The position numbers were made by a program, and so were the translations under genes. The notes beneath the pieces are model-generated. The model did no database searches and was not told the origin of the DNA. It saw nothing but the letters and a program-made list of their open reading frames with translations. Of a stretch of 64,000 nt of DNA, positions 24,446 through 36,091 are shown one piece after another. Origin of the DNA: Lingula anatina. Its lineage: Eukaryota; Animalia; Brachiopoda. The DNA lies in the NCBI GenBank assembly GCA_051362555.1, contig CM120640.1:38542788-38606787 (forward strand), in the 5' to 3' direction. Every line of letters starts with the position of its first letter. Position 1 is the stretch's first letter.

Positions 24446-26660
24446 TTATACATGATTTCTTACGAATTCTAAGTTACGGTAATAATCTGAATTAAAAGGC
24501 AATGCGTCTTCTACTCTTGTTTTATTGAAATACATTTCCTCCATGCAGTCGTACGTTAGATATTCAAAAGTAAGATGGAACTTGTTCACAAATAATTCTT
24601 TCCTATCAATCAAACTTGGTAGATCTGATATCCCAAACACGCAAACACGTCTCACTTTCTTACCCCAGCATTTCGCTTTACCTTGTACCCATACTACGTA
24701 ACGAGTCAGGTATGGTTTTTTGTCTGGATCTCCTGTAGAAAGAGAAAGAAACGGCATTAACAATATATGTGCAAGATAAGCCCGTCAATTATAAAAGTTT
24801 GGTGTGGGGTGTATTGTGCATAGTCTAACTGAAAATGTAGGATCGGAAAAAATCCTCATTTCACTGGGATATGATGACAACTTTTGTAACCTTAGTGGTG
24901 GGATTTCAAGACAAATTAATCACATCTGAATGGTTTTGATGTACGTAAGAATCATGGTCACACGTCTACTGTTACATTTTTCTACTCGTAAATATAAACG
25001 GGTTTATGTTTGTATTTGTCTTTTCTATACATACGTAAAGAAACGAACATGTTTTCCTTGTACTTCCGTCGATTACTGGACTTGAGATATCAATGTCTAA
25101 ACAGTAAAACATATCCACATGCACTTCAAATCATCGGACAATCTTCATGAACAAATTACAAAAGAACTTTTAAATAAAAAAATCTACTACTATACCTATG
25201 TGTGCGCCTGGAACTCCTAGCTGTGGGTTGTTATTAAGAGAAACAAAGTATGTTTCATCAGGGTTCAGAGTATCATTCACCCAGCCCAAAAACAGGTGTG
25301 CCGTCTCATTGTGTATCACGTAATCCACAAATTCTCTTGTCGCCGTGATTTTCACCTGCCCCTTATGAATACGAATACCCGCTGGCGGAGGAGACTTCGT
25401 GATAAATGTTTTCTTGTTACCTATATAAACATAGCCTGTTCGTTTTTTGATAGTACTTAACTGCCTGAAACAAAAAAGCATGGATAATGTTAATAAAACG
25501 CCCGTTTGTTTGTTTGTTTGTTTTTTATTTTATGGAATGGGAAATCGGGAATTATTCGCATCATATTTACGCGAGACCTCATTTTTGTGTAAATTATGGC
25601 TTTCCTTACGTTGTGATGTGTATGACAGAAAATTTTGGTAACAATCTTACCAAATTGTGCTTTACATGATCAATATGAAAAGTCATGAACTTCTCTTAAT
25701 ATAGGAAAGCATAAAGCATATACTTGGGGTTGAAATACCACACACTATAGGTTCATTCTCTATTAAACTATCGTTCTACGTAAATTAAAAAAAATTTTTA
25801 AGACAACATGTATGTGAATTATGTTGAAAAAATGCTGCCCACCAGAATAAAAGTTCATGAAATTTTCAGAGTAATTGCACTTACCTTTTAATGGTACCCG
25901 CGATATCATTGGCTCCATTGAAAATCTGAAGAATTTTCATTAACTCTTTATTAGTCTTCAACGGGAATTCCTGACCCGTTAAATTGATAAAATATTTCCA
26001 CTTTTGGTATTTCAGAAGTTCTCGCATACAGAGAATCTCGGGTTCTAAAACACTGATTTGTCCCCACACAACATCAATACGTACTGAGGGAATAATTACG
26101 TTTTTAAAACATCCTGCAATTTTTGTAATTGCTTCCATAAAATTGCTAGGCGACTTTTTATCCACGTGAATGCAATAGTAATTCTGAGGCCTGTATATTG
26201 CACGTAACAATCTCTCCACTTGTTCCACATCCTTATAAACCACCAAACTAAATGCAATAGGGAAGTTGGTTTCTTCTTGGGAAACCGAAGTTATGTAGCC
26301 TCGTCTGTGTATGAAGTTAAAGCAGTTTCGTGTCAAGAGCTTATACTGTTCGGGGTTTACGGGAACTTTTGGATAATTCTCCATAAATGATTTCGCTTGA
26401 ACTGCAGCACTCCTGTCCCCTTCAAATAGTGCCTTGCACTGCCTGAAAGCAGCTCGTGGTTGTTCACCAACTGGTTGAAGCTCTGATTCATATCCCCTTT
26501 GTCGTCTGCCTTGGAAATGAGTGAGACTTTGGGAACGTTCGGCAACATTTGTAGAAAATTCAGTCGGTTTTTTAAAGAGAACTCGAACTTCCATTGTATA
26601 TATCACTACCACTACTCCAACAAGAACAAAGACCACATGTTGTTTCTTTGCACGGCGCAT
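24446..26660 (-). CDS. Core-2/I-branching beta-1,6-N-acetylglucosaminyltransferase (GT14, GCNT family), paralog A. Exons 25885-26660, 25196-25464, 24446-24732.
   Basis: N-terminal TM anchor; EETNFPIAFS, RLLRAIYRPQNYYCIHVDKKS, WKYFINLTGQEFPLKTN, PDE catalytic motif, CVFG..VNKF. Splice phases 2 and 1 are consistent. Probable 5'UTR intron 26692-26871. Confidence 0.93.
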
Positions 26661-27665
26661 TCTTGTTCTAGCATGTCTTTTAGCACGGCCCCTGAAAAGA
26701 CGAATGTTGCATGAGGTATCTTACTGCTTCGCCCATGAAAATCAAATAAAGCTGTCCCATGCTTTTAGCTTAATGACACAGCGAAGGACGGTACGAGACG
26801 CCATTTGCAATCAGTTCACATTGAGCTTTACATTCATGGTTGGTACACGGTCCTTATCATTGGCCACATACCTCTTTCTCCTTTTATCGGATGATTGGGT
26901 CATACATTTTTATCTACGATATTAGTATATTTTGACAAATAAGATAAGCGAAGTAAAAGGCCCACAAAGTTTTTAAAATTCTTCCTGGAAATTAGACTTT
27001 TAGACTATAATCCAGGTTTATAGATCGTTATTTTCCCAATGGCTTTGGATAAGGCATAAAGTAGTGAGGAGAAAAAATCTGGTAATTTTTTCGTTACATA
27101 AAAATCTAACGCTAATCAGAGCCTGAGAACCATACAGAAAACTATTTCCAATCGCGTATGATGGGATACCTCAATTACCCCCCCCCCCCCAAAAAAAAAA
27201 AAAAATGCACATCTGTACAAAGTAGACTCAAATTTGAAACACATTTTTTGTCCATTTCAGCTCCAAACTGTAGAAAAAAAATATTTCATTGCTTTTTTCT
27301 CCTTTTCTAATTGGAACTCTGCTACCCTTTCGCTTGACCTAAAAAATGAAAGCTTCAAAGGCCACAGAATTAACATGCCAACAAAAAGTCTGAAGGGATC
27401 AAATTTCATGACTTTTTTTAGATTATGTGCCAGATCTTCCCAAAATCCCTTTTCTTTAACGCAGATTCCGAATATCCATTACAGAGATTCAGGACAATTT
27501 CATTGCCTTAATTTTGCTACACTGGCGTTACTGAGAGCCTATTATAAAATTAATTAATGGAAATTAAACACCCTGACATCCTTTACTAAATAGCTGCTTG
27601 CTTGAATTAATATACTTATCCATTTTCTATGTCCATTTCCAATACTTGGTTACCACTATAACTCA

Positions 27666-28101
27666 CACTGAGAATAAAATCGGAGTCCAAGTGACTCCAA
27701 ACTAACTTGGAGTCCAGCAGTGGTGCCTAAAATAACTCCCAATTGGAGTCAAGTTGACTCCGATGGAGTAACGCCATCCCAGACCCCACAGGAGGGTCAC
27801 AATTGACTCCATTCACACATCCCTTCATCCCTTGATTTATCTCTACAAAAGTCACCATGACCCCATATTTAGGAATTTTTGACTCCTTGGCTCATATCAT
27901 TATGAAAAAATACAACAACTACAGTGCTACAGTGCCACGCAAGGAGACAGCAGACACAGTTCATTAAGGCGCGGTATGTTTCCGAAACCCACGTCCTCCC
28001 GCTCCGGAGGCGGACACTCTAAGCACAAGCCCATCCGGTCGCATGTGGTGTGTAATAGCAATAACAAACAGTTTGTCAATCTGGTAATAAACAGCATGCC
28101 A

Positions 28102-28164
<63 letters not shown>

Positions 28165-28698
28165 TAAGCATACCTCCCCAGTGACATGCATTGGCGGGTC
28201 AAACCTACAACCTGGAAACAAAACCTGCTGACCTGTATACCAACATAGGCCTATCACATAAAGGGTGTGGGCAACTGAAAGCCCGGGCCAGTAATAAGTG
28301 CACGAGTTCTGCATGCAGAAACACACAAGAAACCACTTGTTCGTGCATAAAACCAACTATGGCCAATAAAGTAATGTTATATACTGACAAAGGATGATGA
28401 AAACTGTTCTCTCTACGCCGTCTGCTCACTGCCATCACAAGAACTGAAACGAGGCTTACTGTCCAGCGAGCGAAAACAGTCGGTGAAAGGGGTCAGCCAG
28501 ACACTGGCCCCCGGTAATTTGACTGTGATTTTAGAGTGAGATTGACTCTATGAGAGCCAGGGGGTGATTGACTCTGATAAGAGAGTCTAAAGACTCTGGT
28601 AGTGGGACCCTTATATAGGAGTCAAATTAACTCCATGAGGGTCAAGGGGTGCTGGACTCTGAATAGAGAGTCAAATGACTCCAATTTTATTCTCAGTA
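27666..28698. mobile_element. Non-autonomous EnSpm/CACTA-like element
   Basis: TIR CACTGAGAATAAAATCGGAGTC / GACTCCAATTTTATTCTCAGTA; 2-bp CA flanks; many GACTC/GAGTC subterminal repeats at both ends; internal (TA)n at 28107-28161. Confidence 0.7.
27978..28040 (-). mobile_element. Possible tRNA-derived SINE head fragment
   Basis: Minus strand GACCGGATGGGCTTGTGCTTAGAGTGTCCGCCTCCGGAGCGGGAGGACGTGGGTTTCGGAAAC has degenerate A-box and B-box at tRNA spacing; no acceptor stem closes. Confidence 0.45.
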
Positions 28699-28942
28699 CA
28701 ACTTATTAGTTTCAAATGGAAATGCTACTTGTTTTTGCATCTGTACAGAGAAAGTTTTCTAACTACGAATTATATTTTGTTTCACATTTTTATAAAAAGG
28801 AGAGAATTCTATATAACAAATCAATGTTCTATTATTCAAACCAAAAACTGTAAAACTAAAATAGTTTTATTGTGGCTTTGATTAATCTGTTCGTTATTTA
28901 CAACTGTTTCTAACTTTGTTTTCAATCTGGCCTTGGCTGCTT

Positions 28943-29221
28943 TGTGACGGCCAGATATGTCCTACAGACCAGATATGACCTACGTCCAGAGAAGGCCAGA
29001 TATGTCCGACAAAAAAGAGCCAGATGTGTCCGACAGGCCAGAAGTGTCCGACAAAAAAGAGCCAGATGTGTCCGACAGGCCAGATATGTCCGACAAAAAA
29101 GAGTCAGTTGTGTCCGACATATCTGTTCTGTCGGACACATCTGGCTCTTTTTTGTAGGACATATCTGGCCTTCTCTGGTCGTAGGACGTATCTGGCCTGT
29201 CGGACATATCGGGTCGTCACA
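28943..29221. mobile_element. Foldback-type MITE whose arms are built of tandem CCAGATATGTCCGACA subrepeats
   Basis: TGTGACGGCCAGATATGTCC.. at left mirrors ..GGACATATCGGGTCGTCACA at right. Explains the repetitive ORFs called on both strands here. Confidence 0.8.
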
Positions 29222-29444
29222 GCCCACGCCTAGGGTATCCACAACTTACCACCAGGAAACAGAAGCCATTCTTATAGTTTTGCTGCTAAACTAAACAAAG
29301 GCAACCCGTTTCTTTCAGAATGAGGGGACGAGTGCTAACGGAAAGCGTTTTTCAAGGCCCTTTGCGAACGCCAGACTGGTTTTAACAGGTTACTATGCTG
29401 AGAAAAACAGCAGCTGAAGATATCGTCAAGTTTTTTATCCTATA

Positions 29445-30105
29445 CAAGGTGTATCAAAAAAAGTGAACACTCAGAAAAAAAACCCAAAATTTTAATTTTT
29501 TTATTTCATATAACAAATGTTAATGTAAATATAGGTTCGTAGGGAAATTATGCTTCAATGCACACCATTAGGCCTTATTGTCGTGTCTTTTCACGCATGA
29601 CGGAGCAGGGTCAAATTACGTCATGAGGATCAAATTTGTATCTCGAGAATTTTTTTTCGCAAAAGGTTGATTACCGAAATATTGAGACTTTTTTGACAGA
29701 ACCAGTCTCTGTCTATACGATTGTCATACTAGGATTAGCCCACAGTGAACTAACCTACAAAATTACCGCATATTACAAATTGGATGTTCATGACAAAAGA
29801 ACATAAAAGGCAGATAACAGGGAAGAAAAGGTTAATTGGCAGGTTTTTAATTTGAAAACCACTGATAGAACCATTTCATGGCAATTAATCTACCTTTTGC
29901 GAAAAAAAGTTCTCGAAATAAAAATTTGATCCTCATGACGTAATTTGACACTGCTAGGTCATGCGTGAAAAGACACGACAATCCATGGTGTGCATTGAAG
30001 CATAATTTATATACGAACCTATATTTACATTAGCATTTGTTATATGAAATAAAATTTAAAAATTCTGGGTATTTTTTCTAAGTGTTCACTTTTTTATACA
30101 CCCTG
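29445..30105. mobile_element. Tc1/mariner-superfamily MITE with ~230-bp TIRs
   Basis: TA|CAAGGTGTATCAAAAAAAGTGAACACT ... AGTGTTCACTTTTTTATACACCCTG|TA, with long mirrored arms (e.g. TCGTGTCTTTTCACGCATGAC / GTCATGCGTGAAAAGACACGA). Confidence 0.88.
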
Positions 30106-31066
30106 TAGACCGAATCAACGGCCTACTGGTATGACAAGGAATCATTCACGTATCTGTATCTGTTTAAGTAGGGTAATTCTATTACATAACTGATGTCGCA
30201 GTGGCACTGAAGAGATTATTAAAAGTCTTAAAAACTAATTTGAAAGAAGAAAAATTATTTGGACATACATTACATTCTGTACATACATTGACTGACAGAT
30301 CACCATGATAACCGTTGCCTCGTAAAAATGGTGCTGCTAAACTGGTCGCGTGTTAAATATCGAAAACTATGCTAAATGTTATAATTAAAATAAATATTAT
30401 TATTATTATATGCTAAATATTATCGAAAACTATGCTAAAAATCACGTGCTAAATATCTAATCGCAAGGGCGTTGCATGGATTTTTTTTCTGATATGTACA
30501 GCGTGAAATGATTTTAATGAAGGAAAATAAATTGGTACGTTACAATTTAAACTAAGCGGCAAAATGCATTTACGTCCGTCATGTTCAACCTTATATACTA
30601 AAAATTAAAACCCGCCACGCGGAGTCTGGGTTAGTAAACTTGAAATAACTCTTTTGATCATTCAAAAGAATCGTGCCACAATTGCCCTTCTTAAAGATGG
30701 TTCATTCTACCAGGGTAATAGATTGATTTTTCACTAGATATCCACAGGTATGTCTCTGGCTAATCATGACACACTTCTCACAATTGTAAATGTGCATTGT
30801 AAATGTGCGGTCCAGGTAGGGGGCACACCTCCGCAGAATTGCTGAATAAATACAGTAAATACAATAGATAACCGTGCACAGAACCGCAGAGGTAAAGTGT
30901 TGATTTACCCGAACGGTCTCCTCATTTGGTCCATCCTGAATGACCGGTGACTACCCACTTTCAAGATTTGTTATATCACTGTGCATAGTGTTATCCAGTT
31001 TATCTTTTCTCTAAAATTCAATTCCAAATCGCGGAAGAGGGGCCAAAATTAGAAACATATAAGAAA

Positions 31067-31399
31067 TGTTTGTGGAAAGAAGTTTAGAAAAATGATGTTT
31101 AAGACTATTCAATGTCAAAGACAGGGGCATGGTGACAAAAGCGAATCTGGTCACTCTCACATGCGCGACTCTAAGACCCCATTCCCACAGATTTTAGATC
31201 GATCTATCCCTGTGGGGAGTCTCACTAGATTACTGTCAGCTTAGCCGGCTTAAGCGTCTGCCCCGCCTACTAAAAGCTGTAAGGGGGTAATTAACTGTCG
31301 TGCGCGCTCTGCTGACTGCAATTTAGCGTGAACCCCCAGGGAGTTAGGTCGATCCGGATGGATCGTTCTAAATCTCTGGGAATGTGCTCTAAATGCTAA
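31067..31399 (+). pseudogene. Duplicated 3' tail of the GPCR (last ~37 codons), interrupted by a MITE
   Basis: TGTGGAAAGAAGTTTAGAAAAATGATGTTT..CACATGCGCGACTCTAA[MITE]ATGCTAA corresponds to 22491-22601. No upstream GPCR homology. Confidence 0.85.
31175..31389. mobile_element. PIF/Harbinger MITE, same family as 17933-18284
   Basis: TAA TSD at 31172-74 and 31390-92; TIR GACCCCATTCCCACAGATTTTAGA / TCTAAATCTCTGGGAATGTGCTC. Absent at the paralogous site in the intact GPCR. Confidence 0.88.
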
Positions 31400-32935
31400 T
31401 CGTCACTGGAAGACAATTCCTAAATAATTAGGACAGTTTGCTGCACTTGAAGAGTTGAGAAACGCCTGTATAAAACCAAATGGGAATAATTTATATTTTA
31501 TTGCATTACATTGAAGAGACGAAGCGCATACCTTCCTTTTTGGTGCTGATGGCCGAAATCAGGGTTCTGGCTCATCGCATAATAAGGATATTGAGGGAGC
31601 ATAAGTCGTTTGGAAACTTCCGATGCTTTCATTTAATCACTTTCATTATATTATTTAGTGTTATAAATGGAATGATCTATAGATATCGTGTAGTCTTACG
31701 GGTTTTACAATGTAATTAAAACTAATTGGTTGTCAAACTGCACTTTCATATGAACTCTTTGCTTAAATAACGATCACGTAATGAAGGCATTCCAGTAACG
31801 TGTAAAGCACCTATAGGCGTTCATGCATTGAAAGTTTGCTAAAAAAAAAGCTCTAGCCAGCTTTACCCAGTCTGACTTACGGATATTCACTAACGTCATT
31901 AAAAGTATTTGCGTAAACTTAAGGCTTTAAATCAGAAGTGAGTGATCAAATAGTACAGATGAATGCTGAAACGCTCCTCTAACACAACTAAACCTGCTGT
32001 GATAGTTTTAACAGTTTAACAGAGTTACCAAACTTCAGAAATATGGGAGGATATAAATATGATAAAAGTCAGAGCAATATATGAGATAAAAGTATGAGAG
32101 CAGCATACAAAAGCACAAAGGAAGATCGAATAATTAATTTTAAGTGAAATTACAGGTTTAGATTCAAAGCGCTTCATTTCGGCATTGATTTTCTTTTAGA
32201 TGCGATTTTTCTATGAGAAGTTACTAAAACAATTGACCCAAGCTTGTATGTAATGGAGGCAACACAAAGAAATATTATGTACAATTTTAGTGTTACTGTA
32301 GTTTAATTTTAAAAATCTAATGTTTTACATATTGTATTGGAATGCAGGTAAAACAGGAGTTTAGATAAGACAGCCATAGTGAAAAGCTTTCTCGAAATTC
32401 TGGCAATTCCCCTGCTGAGATGTTATCTTACCTAGACCATATTCATATTTAACTTAAACCACTGCAAATTCATGGAAGTCATGATGTCTGGTTCTGTCTG
32501 TACATATAATCATGACCCATTACCATACGGATAACGGGGGATGGTCCTTTTAACATGTAACGTGTCATTTATGGAGGCATTTTAAGTAACATTTAAGCGT
32601 GTAAGTCTTCTTTAATTAAAAGAGAATTATTTATGTGTCTGCACCTAAATTATGTGGCTTCTCTGAATCGTTTTGTAAATCGTGCGCTATACCTGAAGAT
32701 CAGAAAATATCATACCTTTCAAAGTTAGTCCTATAAGGATGTATAATACATCAAAATGGATGACAAAAATACATTAAATCTCATTTGTTAATCGGTAAAT
32801 TCTTTATTCTTTTTAAAAATGCTCTGTATATTCTTGATAAAAACAACATAAACTATTATTTATTTTTGATAAAAGAAACGATAATGAATTATCTTTATTG
32901 GTATACTTTTACTGAACTCAGATGCACTTATGTCA

Positions 32936-35113
32936 TTATACATGATTTCTTACGAATTCTAAGTTACGGTAATAATCTGAATTAAAAGGCAATGCGTCTT
33001 CTACTCTTGTTTTATTGAAATACATTTCCTCCATGCAGTCGTACGTTAGATATTCAAAAGTAAGATGGAACTTGTTCACAAATAATTCTTTCCTATCAAT
33101 CAAACTTGGTAGATCTGATATCCCAAACACGCAAACGTGTCTCACTTCCTTACCCCAGCATTTCGCTCTACCGTATACCCATACTACGTAACGAGTCAGG
33201 TATGGTTTTTTGTCTGGATCTCCTGTAGAAAGAGAGAAACAATATATGTGCAAGATAAGCCCGTCATTAATTGTAGAAGTGTCATGCGGGGTGTATTGTA
33301 TTGTGCATAGTCTAACTGAAAACGTAGGATCAGAACAAAAATCCTCATTTCACTAGGATATGATGACAACTTTTCTAACGTAAGTAGTGGGATTTTGTGA
33401 CAACTTCATCACATCTGAATGGTTTTTATGTACGTATGAATCATTGTCATACGTCTACCAGTACCCTTTTCTATGTGATTTTATCTTTTTTTAACAAACG
33501 CACAGAAACGACCATGTTTTTCTGTTGCCTCCGTCCATTACTGGAGTCTAGATCTCAATGCCTATAAAGTATCAAAACATCCACGCGCACTTCAAATCAT
33601 CGGACAATCTTCATTAACTAATTGCAAAAGAATATTTAAAAAAAAAATTCCACAACTATACCTATGTGTGCCCCTGGAACTCCCAGCTGTGGGTTGTTAT
33701 TAAGAGAAACAAAGTATGTTTCATCAGGGACCAGAGTACCATTCACCCAGTCCAAAAACAGGTGTGCCGTCTCATTGTGTATCACGTAATCCACGAATTC
33801 TCTTGTCGCCGTGATTTTCATCTGCCCCTTATGAATGTGAATACCCGCTGGCGGAGGAGACTTCGTGATAAATGTATTTTTGTTACCTATATAAACATAG
33901 CCTGTTCGTTTTTTGATAGTACTTAACTGCCTGAAACAAAAAAGCACGGATAAATTAATAAAACGTGCGTTTGTTCTTTTAAATTTTAGGGAATGGGAAA
34001 TCTAGAATTATTCGCATCATATTAACGCGAGACCTCATTTTTGTGTAAAATATGGATTTCCTTACGTTGTAATGTGTATGAGCGGAAATTTTAGTAACAA
34101 TCGTACCAAATTGTGCTTTATATGATTAATATAAAAAGTCATGAACTTCTTTTGATATAGGAAAACATAAAACATATACTTGGGGTTGAAATAGGACATA
34201 CGTTTTAGGGTTCATTCCCAATTAAACTATCGTTCTACGTAGATCGATCCAACCCCGTAAGGACAACATGTATATGAATCATGTTGTAAAAATGCTGCCC
34301 ACCAGAATAAAGTTCATCAAATTTCCCAAGCTTTTGCACTTACTTTTTAAGGGAACCAGCGATATCATTGGCTCCATTGAAAATCTGAAGAATTTTCACT
34401 AACTCTTTATTAGTCTTCAACGGGAATTCCTGACCCGTTAAATTTATAAAATATTTCCACTTCTGGTATTTTAAAAGTTCTCGCATACAGAGAAACTCGG
34501 GTTCTAAAACACTGATTCGTCCCCACACAACATCAATACGCACTGAGGGAATAATAACGTTTTTAAAACACCCTGCAATTGCTGTAATTGCCTTCATGAA
34601 ATCTCTAGGCGACTTTTTATCCACGTGAACGCAATAGTAATTCTGAGGCCTGTGTATTGCACGTAACAATCTCTCCACTTGTTCTACATCCTTATAAACC
34701 ACCAAACTAAATGCAATAGGGAAGTTAGTTTCTTCTTGGGAAACCGAAGTTATGTAGCCTCGTCTGTGTATGAAGTCAGAGCAGTTTCGTGTCAAGCGCT
34801 TATACTGTTCGGGGTTTACGGGAACTTTTGGATGATTCTCCATAAATTTTTTTGCTTGAACTGCAGCACTCCTGTCCCCTTCAAATAGTGCCTTGCACTG
34901 CCTGAACGCAGCTTGTGGTTGTTCACCAACTGGTTGAAGCTCTGATTCATATTCCCTTTGTCGTCTGCCTTGGAAATGAGTGAGACTTTCGGAACGTTCG
35001 GCAAAATTTGTAGAAAATTCAGTCTGTTTTTTAAAGAGAACTCCCATTGTACATATCACTATCACTACTCCAATAAGAACGAAGACCACATGTAGTTTCT
35101 TTGCACGGAGCAT
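32936..35113 (-). CDS. GT14 beta-1,6-GlcNAc-transferase (GCNT family), paralog B. Exons 34344-35113, 33662-33930, 32936-33222.
   Basis: Close paralog of A with the same exon phases, an intact frame and VPDE. Probable 5'UTR intron 35145-35365. Confidence 0.93.
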
Positions 35114-36091
35114 TTTTGTTTCAGCATGTCCTTTTGCACGGCCCCTGAAAAGACGAATGTTGCATGAGGTTATATATACTGCAGCTGGAAGCCCTGTTTA
35201 TTATATGAGTAATTTACTGCTTCGCCCATGAAAATCAAATAAAGCTGTCCCATGCTTTTAGCATAACGACACAGTTGAAGGACGGAGCGAGACGCCATTT
35301 GCAATCAATTCACATTGAGCTTTACACTTATGGTTGGTGCGCGGTCCTTATCTTTGGCCACATACCTCTTTCTCCTTTTATCGGATGATTGGATCAAACA
35401 TTTTTATCTACGATATTAGTATATTTTGACAAATAAGACAGGCGAAGTAAAAGGCACGCGAGAATTTTTTTCCTGGAAATTAGACTTTTAGACTAAAATC
35501 CAGGTTTATAGATCGTTATTTTCCCAATGGCTTTGGATAAGGCATAAAGTAGTGAGAAGAAAAAATCTGATAAATATCCCGGGAAGTAATTTTTCGTTAC
35601 ATAAAAGTTTAACGTTAATCAGAACCTCAGAGCCATATCCTCAACTATTTCCAGTCGCGTATGATGGAATACCACAATTACCAAAGAACATGCAGATCTG
35701 TACAAAATAGACCCAAATTTGAAACACAGTATTCGCCTATTTCATATCCAAACTGTAGAAATAATATTTCATTGCTTTTTTCTCCCTTTTCTAATTAGAT
35801 CTCTGCTACCATTTCGCTTGACTTAAAAAATGAAAGCTTCAAAAGGCCACAGAATTTACATGCCAATCAAAGTCTTAAGGGATCAAATTTCATGACTTTT
35901 TTTTGAGATAATGTCCCAGATCTTCCCAAAATTCCTTTTCTTTATCGCAGATTCCGAATGTCCATTACAGCGATTCAGGACAATTTCATTGCCTACATCT
36001 TGCTACAATTAATTTTTGTGGTAAGGAATGTTTCTTAAGACAGTTTAGCTAAGGTTATAAATCTTTCCCCTCAATTTTGTTTGCCTTATTG

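Larger units (their letters stand above)
22487..27521. repeat. Tandem segmental duplication, copy A (~5 kb; copy B 31067-36008)
   Basis: Colinear similarity from the GPCR C-terminal codons through the whole GCNT gene to ..TTGCTACA, at an offset of ~8.5 kb. Confidence 0.95.
31067..36008. repeat. Tandem segmental duplication, copy B
   Basis: Colinear with 22487-27521. Confidence 0.95.

Noticed and set aside
25984-26925. Antisense and alternate-frame ORFs over GCNT exons (also over GPCR, KCTD9 and GALC exons)
   Set aside because: Shadow frames of real coding exons with no independent motifs.
27978-28040. Functional tRNA gene
   Set aside because: A/B boxes are degenerate, no acceptor stem closes, and it lies inside a DNA element. 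Kept only as a possible SINE head.
28922-29294. Five overlapping repetitive ORFs on both strands
   Set aside because: By-product of stop-free subrepeats in a foldback MITE.
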